A DNA stretch of 64,000 nt, taken from contig NC_043002.1 in assembly GCF_006345805.1 (NCBI RefSeq), positions 74,648,001 through 74,712,000 on the forward strand. Reading direction: 5' to 3'. Below the pieces are notes generated by a model. That model saw nothing but the letters and a program-made list of their open reading frames with translations, ran no database searches and had not been told where the DNA came from. The stretch is from Octopus sinensis (lineage: Eukaryota). Positions within the stretch are counted from its first letter, which is position 1; each line of letters begins with the position of its first letter. The position numbers were made by a program, and so were the translations under genes. This document shows positions 11,870 through 23,616 of this stretch, in pieces.

Positions 11870-13336
11870 GGAGAGATGTTAAATGATGATGATACAATCC
11901 TATGAGTCAGGCTGCATCATGCTTCAGTGTCTGTTTATATATACATGCTATATATATATATATGTGTGTGTGTGTCTCTGCATGTCTTTTTATTGACATC
12001 ACTTAGATGGCAATGATGCTTGTTTATTTCCCAAATAAAAAAAAAGTCAGGCAGTTTGGTAGGTCAATGTTGAAAGGCTTTGAATAAAAGTATTTTGCTT
12101 GAAAAGAAAAATTGGCACCAGGAATGACAATTGGCTCTAGAATATAGTTTCAAGAACTGTCTTCCTACCCATGCCAGCTTAAAAAAAAAAACAAATGTAA
12201 AACCATTGAGGATATTGTTGGCTTTGTTTAGAAAATCCAAAATTGTTGACCGATTGCCTTCATTATAACAGAGGAACATCATTTCTCCATGTTGTTCCTA
12301 AAAGGGTTCACAGTGTGGATGTGGGTGTAAACTGTTGTAGTCTAAGGCAGAGAATGCTGGTGCCTTATGGGCTATTAGCAGATGAGCCTGTATTGTTTTT
12401 GTTGTGGCTGGTCTAATAGAAGTGCAGCATTGCAATTAGAGTTAAAAGCCCTTCTGTCACTTCCCTTGAGTTGTTCCTTTCATAGATCAAGTATATTTAC
12501 TTTAGTAGGTAGGATTAACTATGTAATGGAAGAGATGTGGGATATCATGTAGGTGATATTGCAGTTTGAACATACATTGGTGATTTCTGGATCCATTTAA
12601 TATGGGCCCAAAACTGTTTGCAATACAATATTCCACTCAGACTATCACTGGATTTACATTATTTATTAACTAATAAATGAATAAAGAGGAAAAATAATGT
12701 TTCCCCTTAGCTCTGTTTTGTAACATCTGTTCATTGTGTCGTGAACTTTGCTCTTTGTGAGCTAAGAATTTCTATAACTGACTTTGGGATTTTTAATGTC
12801 TGGGTAATATACACATTCCCAATGTTTGTTTGTTCGTATGCATGCATGTATGTATGTAACATCCAGCCACGCACACACATTTATTTATTCAAAATCCTTA
12901 TATGCCAATTAGCAATGTACATTTGCTTGTTGTCACACATGAGATATTCTGGAAGTAGGAGGTTGTCAAACAACAAATAAAGAGGTAATGACAGTGCAAG
13001 TAAAATGAAAATGAATACAAGGATGAGGTGTATATCATACAACTGTAATTGCAAACGAGAAACGTGAGTGAAAGAATTAAAATGAGTGGATGAGAAATGT
13101 TTAGCTTCATTTTGCTTTAGATACGATGATAAACAGGAACAATCTTAGTATAATAGGCAATGATGGAAAATAGCAAAATTTTAATGAAGCTAGCAGTTTT
13201 ACTATGAGTATTGTGACAAATAGGACTGTTGTAATAATATTTCCATGTAAACCTTTTGATGTTTGTTTAATAATATTGTAGTATTTTTGTAAATATATAA
13301 TAAATTTAAAAATTAAATTTTTATAACTAGCATTAA

Positions 13337-14108
13337 CTGTTTAGTATTTAAACCGGCCATATCCGGCCCAAATATTCTACCTATTTTATGTTCAAACTGG
13401 CTATAACTGGCCTCTCACACCTACCCTACAATGTTATTCCGAAAATATATAATCTTATTGAAATCTTGAAGCTATGAGATAATGCAGGATTAATTCAAAA
13501 TGATGTGAATAAATAAACATTGTAACCTCGTGGCCTATGCCAGGTGTGTAACCAGTCCACTTATGTGTACCTTTCCTTAATTGGATACTTGGATACTAAA
13601 CTCTGCTTGCGAAGACCTGTTGAGGCAAGTGAAATCGAAATCAAATTCGATGACTGGCATCTGTGTTAGTGGAGCGCTAAGAGCACCATCCGAGCATGAT
13701 TGTTGCCAGAGCAGCTAAATGGCTTCTGTGCTGGTGGCACATAAAAGGCACCATTCGAGTGTGATAGTTACAAGTGTTTTCTTATTGGCACGTGAAAAAA
13801 ACATTCGAGTGAGGTTGTTGCTGGACTGGCTCCTGTGCAGGTAGCACATAAAAAAACACCATTTGACCATGGCCATTGCCAGTACTGTCTGACTTGCCCT
13901 CATGCTGGTGGCACGTAAAATCATCCACTACACTCTCAGAGTGGTTGGCGTTAGGAAGGGCATCCAGCTGTAGAAACTGTGCTAGATCAGAATGGAGCCT
14001 GGTGCAGCCATCTAGTTCGCCACTCCTCAGTCAAATCGTCCAACCCATGTTAGCATGGAAAGCGGACGTTAAATGATGATTTGACAAAGTAATCTGAATA
14101 CTAAAAGG
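13337..14108 (+). mobile_element. MITE M2 split by an RTE insertion
   Basis: TTAA at 13333 and 14109; M2 body on both sides of the insertion. Confidence 0.82.
13523..14079 (+). mobile_element. RTE 3'UTR fragment inserted inside a TTAA MITE
   Basis: The RTE 3'UTR and tail interrupt a MITE whose halves are 13337-13522 and 14080-14108. Confidence 0.88.
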
Positions 14109-16414
14109 TTAAACAATTTAGTGGTCAGTAAAAACAAAATGTAAATTAAAAAATCTGTCAAAAAAAGTTGCTATGTGCTTATGTACTGTGGTGACCTATA
14201 TTTTTGGTAGGTGGCATGCACTATTGCATTTGTAAATTATTAGCAATATTTTACTGTTAAATACAAAAGTGTTAAGTTTTTAGAGAAGAATTTTAACGAC
14301 AGTGTCACCTGTCATTTTGAACAAGTGCACTGTTCTCTATAATTAACAAAACTGTCATCAGTTTTGGTGATATGGGTGCACTAGTTATGTAAAGTTTTTA
14401 TTTATTTGTGATGAAATCCTTAAATATGGTTGTTCGTCATGGTTGGTGAAGATATTTGTAAAGCAATTAAAATTTAGTATTAGGAAATAACTTCTCTGTA
14501 CAAAACAGCCAGCTAAGACTTTCAAAGTTACTACAAATGATCTTTCATGGAAATCTCTGTCTATCTCTCTCTTTCTGTCTCCGTCTGTCTTTCTGTCTGT
14601 CTCTCTCTCTCACACACAATTACCAAAACTGCATAACAGGACTTCCTCTTGAAGTCCACAAGACTTCAGTCCTGATTTTTTTTACAGAATGACTTTTAAT
14701 TGATGCTACTATGCACAAATATTCTTCACCACATCCAAAAATTGGCAAATACTCACTGATTGATTATGCTTCAACCCCTAACTAGCCACACTAACAAGAG
14801 AACTGCTACTAGGAATAGCAGCTAAACCTTCCTCAAATCTCATCATAAGGGAAGCCATATGGGATAATATTAACTTAGCTAGAATATACTTTAAAATGAA
14901 ACTGTGATGATTACAGTTTGAATATCTTTTAATCATAGGTTTGTTTGACCAAACCAGAATTAGGCAATACCAACCACTAACTCAGTGTTACTTTTTCCGC
15001 ATTATTTCTACAATGGTTTCTGCTTATGTAAAGTAGGAATCTGCACAATTATTCCACTGGGGCCCAGTTGATATGCTCATTTCCTCGTCCTCTCTGTTAT
15101 ATTTCACCAAATCCCATACTAAATATATCATCAAATTCTTCCTCTTCAGAATTGCGATGTCCTGGTACATCTAGCCTCATTTATCCCTCATCCGGGATCA
15201 TACAGGATGATCCATTGTGAACAATGTTACCCTTATGGATTAATTTGTGATAACATGAGTTGGAGATCGATTAAGATTCTATTTGTGCTGCATAAACACA
15301 TCTCAGCAACCACCCGCAAGGCTCAGCCACCTAGAAAGCACTAACAATTGCTTGTGTTTATGTAATGATGCTGCAAAGTTTACATATTTTTTTATATGGC
15401 TTTATATATTCATGGGACCGATGAACAGAAAAAATATGGAGATGCTTGATCCTAACAAACAATGCAGATCAGGAAAAGATAGAGATGATCTGGATAATAT
15501 GTGATGGTGGGAGCTTTAGTGCAGTAAGCTGTGAGTTTGGTACATGAATCTACTATTCCTTCCATTTATAAAGTGTGTAGAGACGATCCATTTATCACTG
15601 AGTTTTTTTTTCTCTTTGAACGAAAACTCTGTGCTAAAAGAGGATATATGGACAAATAATACAGATATGCAGAAGTTTTAAGCTGAGCATAAACTTCATT
15701 GATCTCATCATTGTGGGAGGGCCTTGGCTTACTTTTGACTGACTGTACTGCAGGTTGTTGTGGCAACTGCACTGCTATATACTTCAGTAAGCTTTGTGGA
15801 TTGTTGGAGGTGGAAAATATTTTCTTCCTACATTCAGATTTAATCAAATATATGCTGCCATTCAAATTAAGTGTGTTATATCAATGTGTGCCCCTCTTAA
15901 AAGTCTCTTAACTTGATAGGTAATATTTTTTTTATTCTTATATGTTTATTCATACCAAAGAAATAATAAAGGAAAAAATTTTTTTTTTTTTTAAATCTAA
16001 ATCTTGATGAATTTTAAACATTACAAAGATACATTGGTGATTCTGAAAATGGTTGTTTGTATATATTTGGAAAAGAAAATCTATATCTGGACAGAAATAA
16101 CTCTAACATACTATTGATAATATATATATATATATGCAGTAAAAGAATGAAGGTATTCATTTGAAAAAAAAACAACCTAAGTGTCTGAGAGAGTGTGTGG
16201 GTGAATAGATAATCTTTGTTCTACACCCCCTGTGCATTCACCCACGCACATATACATGTACAACCTAATGAGGGAGTACTTGTGTGGTCACCCACCTTGC
16301 TAGAAATGGAAGATGAACTTTCAAATCACATCCAACTGTTTCAAAAAAAGCATCAAAGAAACATTAGGTAATGTATCCCTAGAAATAATAATAATGATGA
16401 TGATAAAAAAACAA

Positions 16415-16799
16415 GTGTGGTAAGTAGCTTGTTTACCAACCACACGGTTCCGGGTTCAGTCCCACTGCGTGGCACCTTGGGCAAGTGTCTTCTACTATAG
16501 CCTCGGGCCAACCAAAGCCTTGTGAGTGGATTTGGTAGACAGAAACTGAAAGAAGTCCGTCGTATATATGTATATATATATATATGCGTGTGTGTGTCTG
16601 TGTTTGTCCCCCTAGCATTGCTTGACAATCGATGCTGGTGTGTTTATGTCCCCGTTACTTAGCGGTTCGGCAAAAGAGACCGATAGAATAAGTATTGGGC
16701 TTACAAAATAATAAGTCCCGGGATCGAGTTGCTCGATTAAAGGCAGTGCTCCAGCATGGCCGCACTCATATGACTGAAACAAGTAAAAGAGTAAGAGTA
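16415..16799 (+). mobile_element. SINE family A
   Basis: Highly similar to 10224-10602; intact gggttcagtccc B-box-like motif. Confidence 0.92.
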
Positions 16800-16874
16800 T
16801 AACTGGGTGGAAAGCTTTTGATCGTAGGTCTGCTTGATTAGGGTTGTCTTGGAGGCTAAACAACATATGATCAA

Positions 16875-18920
16875 ATCATCATCATCATCATCGTCGTTTA
16901 ACGTCCGTTCTCCATGCTAGCATGGGTTGGACGGTTCGACCGGGGTTCTGGGAAGCCAGAAGGCTGCACCAGGCTCCAGTCTAATCTGGCAATGTTTCTA
17001 CAGCTGGATGCCCTTCCTAACGCCAACCACTCCGTGAGTGTAGTGGGTGCTTTTTACGTGCCACCTGCACAGGTGCCAGGCGGGGCTGGCAACGGCCACG
17101 GTCAGATTGGTGTATTTTATGTGCCACCGGCACGGAAGCCAGTCGAGGCGGTGCTGGCATCGGCCACGAGTCGGATAGTGCTTTTTACGTACCACCAGAC
17201 CAGGGATCCTGGCTGGTTCAATTCGATTTCGATTTCGCTTGCCCCAACATGTCTTCACAAGCAAAGGGGGTTGGCATGGGTGCCTGTCGTACGGTCGCAT
17301 TGGAGTATTTTACGTGCCACGGCCACGAGTCGGATAGTGCTTTTTACGTACCACCAGACCAGGGATCCTGGCTGGTTCAATTCGATTTCGATTTCGCTTT
17401 CCCCAACATGTCTTCACAAGCAAAGGGGGTTGGCATGGGTGCCTGTCGTACGGTCGCATTGGAGTATTTTACGTGCCACGGCCACGAGTCGGATAGTGCT
17501 TTTTACGTACCACCAGGCCAGGGATCCTGGCTGGTTCAATTCGGTTTCGATTTCGATTTCGCTTGCCCCAACATGTCTTCGCAAGCATGGGGGGTTGGCA
17601 TGGGTGTCTGTCGTCGGATGAGGTTCTATATCGACTTCGCTTGCCTCAATCGGTCTTTGTGTCCAAGGGAGGAAAGGCATTCATAAGTGGGCTGGGCTCA
17701 CTTGTCCTGCCTGGTCTTCTCACGTACAGAATATTTCCAAAGGTCTCGGTCTCTGGTCATTTCCTCAGTGAGGCCTAAAGTTCGAAGGTCGTGCTTCACC
17801 ACCTCGTCCCAGGTTTTCCTGGGTCTACCTCTTCCACGGGTTCCCTCAACTGCTAGGGATTGGCACTTTCTCACACACCTATCTTCATCCATTCTCGCCA
17901 CATGACCATACCAGCGCAATCGTCTCTCTTGCACACCACAACTGATGCTTCTTAGGTACAACATTTCTCTCAAGGTGCTAACGCTCTGTCGAGTATGTAC
18001 ACTGACATTACACATCCATCGGAGCATACTGGCTTCATTCCTCACGAGCTTACCCATGTCCTCAGCAGTCACGGCCCATGTTTCGCTGCCATGTAACATG
18101 GCTGTTCGTACACACGCATCATACAGTCTGCCTTTTACTCTGAGCGAGAGGCCTTTAGTCACCAGCAGAGGTAAGAGCTCCCTAAACTTTGCCCAGGCTA
18201 TTCTTATTCTAGTAGTTACACTTTCAGCGCACCCACCCCCACTACTGACTTGGTCACCTAGATAACGGAAGCTATCAACTACTTCTAGTTTTTTTCCCCT
18301 GGAAAGTGACGGAAGTTGTTTTCTGCAGATTTTCGGAGGTTAATGCTCCCGAGCATCTGCCACATACAAAAACTATCTTCCCAGTTAGCCTACCTTTGAC
18401 ATTGCTGCACCTCTTATGTGTCCATAGCTTACACTGGGTACATCTTATAGAGTTTCTACCTACACCTTTTCTACAGATCGAGCAGGGCCATCTTCCTGAA
18501 GATATTTGTGGATTGTCTACCTTTCTACTTATTAGTACTTTGGTTTTAGCTAGGTTGACTCTAAGGCCCCTTGATTCTAAACCCTCCTTCCACACCTGGA
18601 ACTTCTCCTCCAGTTCTGATAGTGACTCAGCAATAAGAGCAAGGTCGTCAGCGTAGAGGAGCTCCCAGGACAGCCTGTCTTGAATTCCTCCGTAATTGCC
18701 TGGAGTACTATGATAAATAGGAGGGGGCTGAGTACTGAACCCTGGTGGATCCCAACCTCTACTTTGAATTCTTCTGTGTACATGTTGCCAACCCTAACCT
18801 TACTTACGGCATCTCTGTACATGGCTTGCACAGTCCTCACCAGCCATTCATCTATCCCTAGTTTCCTCATTGACCACCAGATAAGGGATCGGGGGACCCT
18901 ATCAAAAGCTTTCTCCAAAA
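16875..18920 (-). mobile_element. RTE-clade LINE, young 5'-truncated copy (RT C-terminal half, 3'UTR, (GAT)n tail)
   Basis: LEKAFDRVP, HQGSVLSPLLF, LYADDL (about 18640-18657), LHGSETW, RRLRWYGHV and RGRGRPRKTW motifs. Two 1-nt frameshifts (about 18665 and about 18292). Stop at 17698. Confidence 0.96.
17161..17615. repeat. 159-bp tandem repeat (about 2.9 units) in the RTE 3'UTR
   Basis: Units start at 17161, 17320 and 17479 (cggccacgagtcggatagtgctttttacg...). This explains the 53-aa repeat in ORF 16914..17621. Confidence 0.95.
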
Positions 18921-19365
18921 TGATACACACACACACATCATCATCATTTTAATGTCCAGTTTCCCATGCTTTTATTAGTTAGACAGAATTTATTGATATA
19001 AATTTTATCATTACTACTACTTTCACTTTTGTTATTGTCCATTGTACTTTTTTCTCCTTCCACAATGCTTCCACTATTGGGGGTGATACAACATGCCTTT
19101 TTGCCTAGGCTAACTTGTCTAGAAAACTCCCGTGGCCCAAACTATTGCACTCTACATTTGTATTGAGTACACCTCAGGATTGTTACAAATGTGTGTGTGT
19201 GTGTTTGAATCAGTGAGAGTTTGATGCAAATGCCATTATCTGTGTCCCCTGCTGTGTAAGTTAATCCAAGATGCTACATAGTAGCTTTTAGTCAGTTCTA
19301 AGTCATCTTCAAACTAAAGCATTACAGTTCTGATCATTCAAAACATAATATATATATATATATAT

Positions 19366-19553
19366 GTATGCAGGTGGCACGTAAAAAGCACCCACTACAC
19401 TCACGGAGTGGTTGGCGTTAGGAAGGGCATCCAGCTGTAGAAACATTGCCAGATAAGACTGGAGCCTGGTGCAGCCTTCTGGCTTCCTAGATCCCCGGTC
19501 GAACCGTCCAACCCATGCTAGCATGGAGAACGGACGTTCAACGATGATGATGA
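19366..19553 (+). mobile_element. RTE 3'-end fragment (young)
   Basis: Near-identical reverse complement of about 16877-17070; ends ccatgctagcatgg...gatgatgatga. Confidence 0.93.
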
Positions 19554-20011
19554 TATATATATATACATATAGGACTTTGTGTCTTAATGTGTTCTTTTTC
19601 TAAGATAGAATAGTTTAATCGGAGCAGGATCTGACTGTTAATTCCAGCAGGAGCAGGTGTTGCTTAAGTATGTTAACATCTATCCTACATCCGTTATATT
19701 TTGAAGGAAAATATCAAGGACTCCAAGTTACCGCAACTTCTTGAAGAGAGCAAAAGCTCCTGCATTGTGCACCTGCTCTCAGTTTTCAGTGACAAATTTT
19801 GCTACTGGCTCTTGTAAGGTTTCTAAGATGTAAATTATTGTGCATTTTTCTCATTTTCAACTTTATTTAGAGGAAGATTAAAAATATTTTGTTTGCTTTT
19901 AAAAAGAGAGGCAATCTTGAAGAATGCTAACTCCAACTACTTAGAAGGAGAAATATATTTCTTGAATAATTTGTTGGACTATGTAGTAAACATTTTTGTT
20001 TTATTTTATAT

Positions 20012-21040
20012 TGGGCAAGCGTCTTATACTATAGCTTTGGGGCAACCAAAGCCTTGTGAGTGGATTTTGTAGATGGAAACAAAAAGAAGCCTGTTGTATA
20101 TGTGTGTGTTTGTGTCAGTGTTTGTCCTCCCACCATCATTTTAGTGTTGGTGTTGGTGTGTTTACATCCCCGTAACTTAGTGGTTCAGCAAAAGAGACCT
20201 ATAGAATAAGTACTAGGCTTATAAAGAATAAATCCTGGGATTGATTTCTTTGACTAAAACCCTTTAAGGCAGTGTTCCAGCATGGCTGCAGTCAGATGAC
20301 TGAAACAAATAGAGTATATTTATATCCTTAAAAAATACACAAAAAGACAGATAAGTGAAAGAACAAAAAACAGTGTATTTTAGTATTATTTTACTTGTTT
20401 CAGTCATTTGACTGTGACTGTACTGGAGCACCGCCTTTAGCCGAACAAAACTGTTAAGTTATGGGGACGTAAACACGCCAACACACACATACGGCGGGCT
20501 TCTTTCAGTTTCTGTTTACCAAATCCACTCATAAGGCTTTGGTTGGCCTAAGGCTATAGTAGAAGGCACTTGTCCAATGTGGTACGCTGTGGGACTGAAC
20601 CTAGAACCATGTGGTTGGTAAGCAAGCTTTTTACCACACAGTCACTCTTGCGCCTATACTGGTTTCAGTCATTGGACTGCGGCCATGCAGGGCCATAACC
20701 TTGAAAAATTTTGAATTGAATGAATTGACCCGAATGCCTACTTTCTTTCTTTTTTCTTTTATGCCTGGTACTTATTCTATCAGTCAGTTTTGATGAACTG
20801 TTAAGTTATGGGGACATAAACACACCAACACCAGTTGTCATGTGGTGGTGGGTGATAAACACACACACACACACACACATTATACAACAAATTTCTTTTA
20901 GTTTCTGCCTACTAAATCCACTCACAAGGCTTTGGCTGACGCAAGGCTATAGTTACAAGATACCTGCCCTAGATGTCTTGCAGTGGCACTGAATCCAGAA
21001 GTATATGGTTAGGAAGCAAGCTTCTTACTACACGGTCATA
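20012..21040. mobile_element. Cluster of three family A SINEs (20012-20312 +, 20390-20654 -, 20661-21040 -)
   Basis: Similarity to the family A copies. Confidence 0.88.
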
Positions 21041-21704
21041 TGACTACTGGTACTTGAGTCAACATATGCAATGTCGAAAATCAAAACCATACAATTGAAG
21101 TAGTGTGTATATAGCTTCTGTGTACCAGTTTTTTCTCTGCTGTCTTTCATGAAATTGAAAGATTATATTAAAATCTGTTTTGTTTGCATTCATCTTTGTT
21201 TAAGCATGCATTGCATGCATGCAGGAAACATCAACATTATGTTGATACATACTGGCTATAAGGTTTTACTTATTAATATGACTACCACCACTTGATCAAA
21301 AGTTTAAAATCTTACAGCCATTGTGTTGTGCTCTTAACATGTTGTGGCTCCTACACAACCCACCAAAGGGGTCATGGTGATATATTTGCATGACCCACAT
21401 GACTCTCTGGTGGTTCATCCCATTATTTCTTTTCTATGAACTTTTTGGGAATTGCTTAAGTATGTGATTATGGAACATATATTCTATAGCAGTTTTTTTT
21501 TTTAGATTTTCACATTTATATAATACTGAATTTCACCATGTAAAGAGGTAAAATGGAAGCCTGAGCAAACAAAATATAATTAGCAAAATGGAAAGTACAA
21601 AGTGATCCACCAGAGGGTCATAAGTAAAAAACTGTGAATCTTGCCTCATGTATAATGAAAAAAAAAATATTATGACTCTCATATCAAAATTAAGATATGG
21701 TAAT

Positions 21705-21990
21705 GGAGATGCATGGCTTAGTGGTTAGGGTGTTAGACTCATGATCATAAGATTGTAGTTTCAGTTGTTGAACCTGACAATGTGTTATGTTCTTGAGCAA
21801 AATAGTTAATTTCACACTGCTCCAGTTCACTCAGCTGGTAAAAATGAGTATTCCTGTAAAAAAAACTGGGAAACTGGTCCTATGCTCCTTATGGGGTAAT
21901 GCAGACTAACTATTGGAATCCTGGGACAAAATGAGCACTGAAGCTCAGGAGTCATGTTAAATAGTTTAGGCCTCAGAATGCCTTGTTGAC
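21705..21990 (+). mobile_element. Diverged tRNA-head SINE (fourth type)
   Basis: tggcttagtggttagggtg head, then ttcttgagcaa...ctccagttcactcagctggtaaaaatgagta core. Confidence 0.65.
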
Positions 21991-23244
21991 AGTCAGTACT
22001 TTTTCTGCTTTCAAATTTATTCGTTAGCTGCACAGTCTGTTTGCATATTTTTTATTTTAGTTCAGTATATTGAGTTCAGACTACAGATAACTTATTTCTT
22101 AAATTCAAAAGCTCTCTGCCAGCTGTACAATAATTTTTAAGACTAGTAAGAGTGATATGGAGACTGGGTTTTCAGGTGGATCTGGTAATGATGGTGTCAG
22201 CCAGCAATCTCAATAGCAACACACCATATCTGGTGTTAAGGAAGGGAGAGAATGTAGAAATAATATTAGTCGGAGGCTTTATGGTTTACTGACAATGCTT
22301 CAAAGTGTCACAAAAGTTTATTTATTTGACGAATAGACTTGTTTGGTTACCATGACAATGTAATCAGTTTTAGATCTGTAATGTCAAAATGGCCTAAATT
22401 TGTAGCAATTCAAAATAGTTGTGCAGAGAACTCAGGCATTTATTAACAGCAAAAGAATTTTTTCTCTTCCATGTACTGAGAAAGAAAATTCTTTTGTTGT
22501 TAATGAATTTGATAATTTGTTTGATGCATTTGCCTGACGTTTGATGCCTTACAGCTGTAAAGAAATTCGTAGTGAAATGAAGTATTGTGTTTACTTGAAG
22601 GAGGATTGGCATACAGATGGATATTGAAGCCTAGTTTTCCAGTGTTAAGTGATGAATGTTCACAACAACAAAACAAAAATACATATGCACTCACAACAAA
22701 GCAATGTTAGGACATAGGCTGGAAATGGATGATGCATAATGAATAAACTTTGTATCAACTTAGTGTTTCCAAAATTTTTCATCCCTCTCTCCTTTGTGGT
22801 GGTGATGTTGATGGTACTTAACACTTCCTACTCTGTGTCCTTTATGCTGTAGTATTACAGACCTATACTCTCTTTGGAATATTTTCAGTCATAATACCCT
22901 GTTAAGTAGGTATTAGTATGTGGTTAAGATGTGTGGTTATGGGTTCAATCCCATTGCACAGCACTTTGGGCAAGTTGTCTTCTACTTTTGGTTCCCTAAT
23001 TAACTTATGGATGGAAATTGTAGAAGCTCACCATATTTATGTGTATGATCATTATCATTTTCTATGATCAGATGCTAACACTCACCTGTTTTCAAGTAAG
23101 GTAATATTTCTTCATGATCAAACATGCTTTTACAGTAAATAAGAAATGAAGGACATTGCTCATATGATGGTGACATTTGTTTATAACTGTTACATGATGT
23201 TAAGGCAAGGAGACAATAACACATGTGCACACACACACATATAT

Positions 23245-23607
23245 GGCATCGACCAGACTTGAATGGTACCTTTTATGTGCCATCGGCACAGGTGCCAATC
23301 AGGTGGCACTGGCAAGAATCACACTTGAATGGTGCTATTTACGTGCCACCGGCATGGGACCAGTAAGTTGGCACGGGTGCCAATCAGGCAGTATTGTCAT
23401 TGGCCAAGACAACGACTTCACTTTCCACAACAGGTCTTTGCAAGCACAGTTTATTGCTCAATGATTGAAGGGTACTCTTAAATGGGCTGGTTATGCTGCA
23501 CTGGCATAGGCTATGGTTACGGTCTCACTTAGCTTTCTGGTTCTTCTCAAGCACAACATATCTCCAAAGGTCTCGGTCACTTGTCATCGTCCAGCATTCG
23601 AAGGTCA
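23245..23607 (-). mobile_element. Additional RTE fragment (ORF end and 3'UTR)
   Basis: Similar to 24000-24275 (tctccaaaggtctcggtcac..ttcgaaggtcatg). Confidence 0.75.
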
Positions 23608-23616
23608 TGTATATAT

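Noticed and set aside
16914-17621. 235-aa ORF with a 53-aa repeat
   Set aside because: Antisense reading of the RTE 3'UTR; the 159-bp tandem unit happens to be a multiple of 3.
19680-19817. Short open frame YIRYILKENIKDSKLPQLLEE...
   Set aside because: No SMG5 similarity and no convincing splice-site pair.
22430-22745. Possible C/D snoRNA boxes or hAT C-terminal remnant
   Set aside because: No properly paired C and D boxes with a terminal stem; the protein similarity is too weak.
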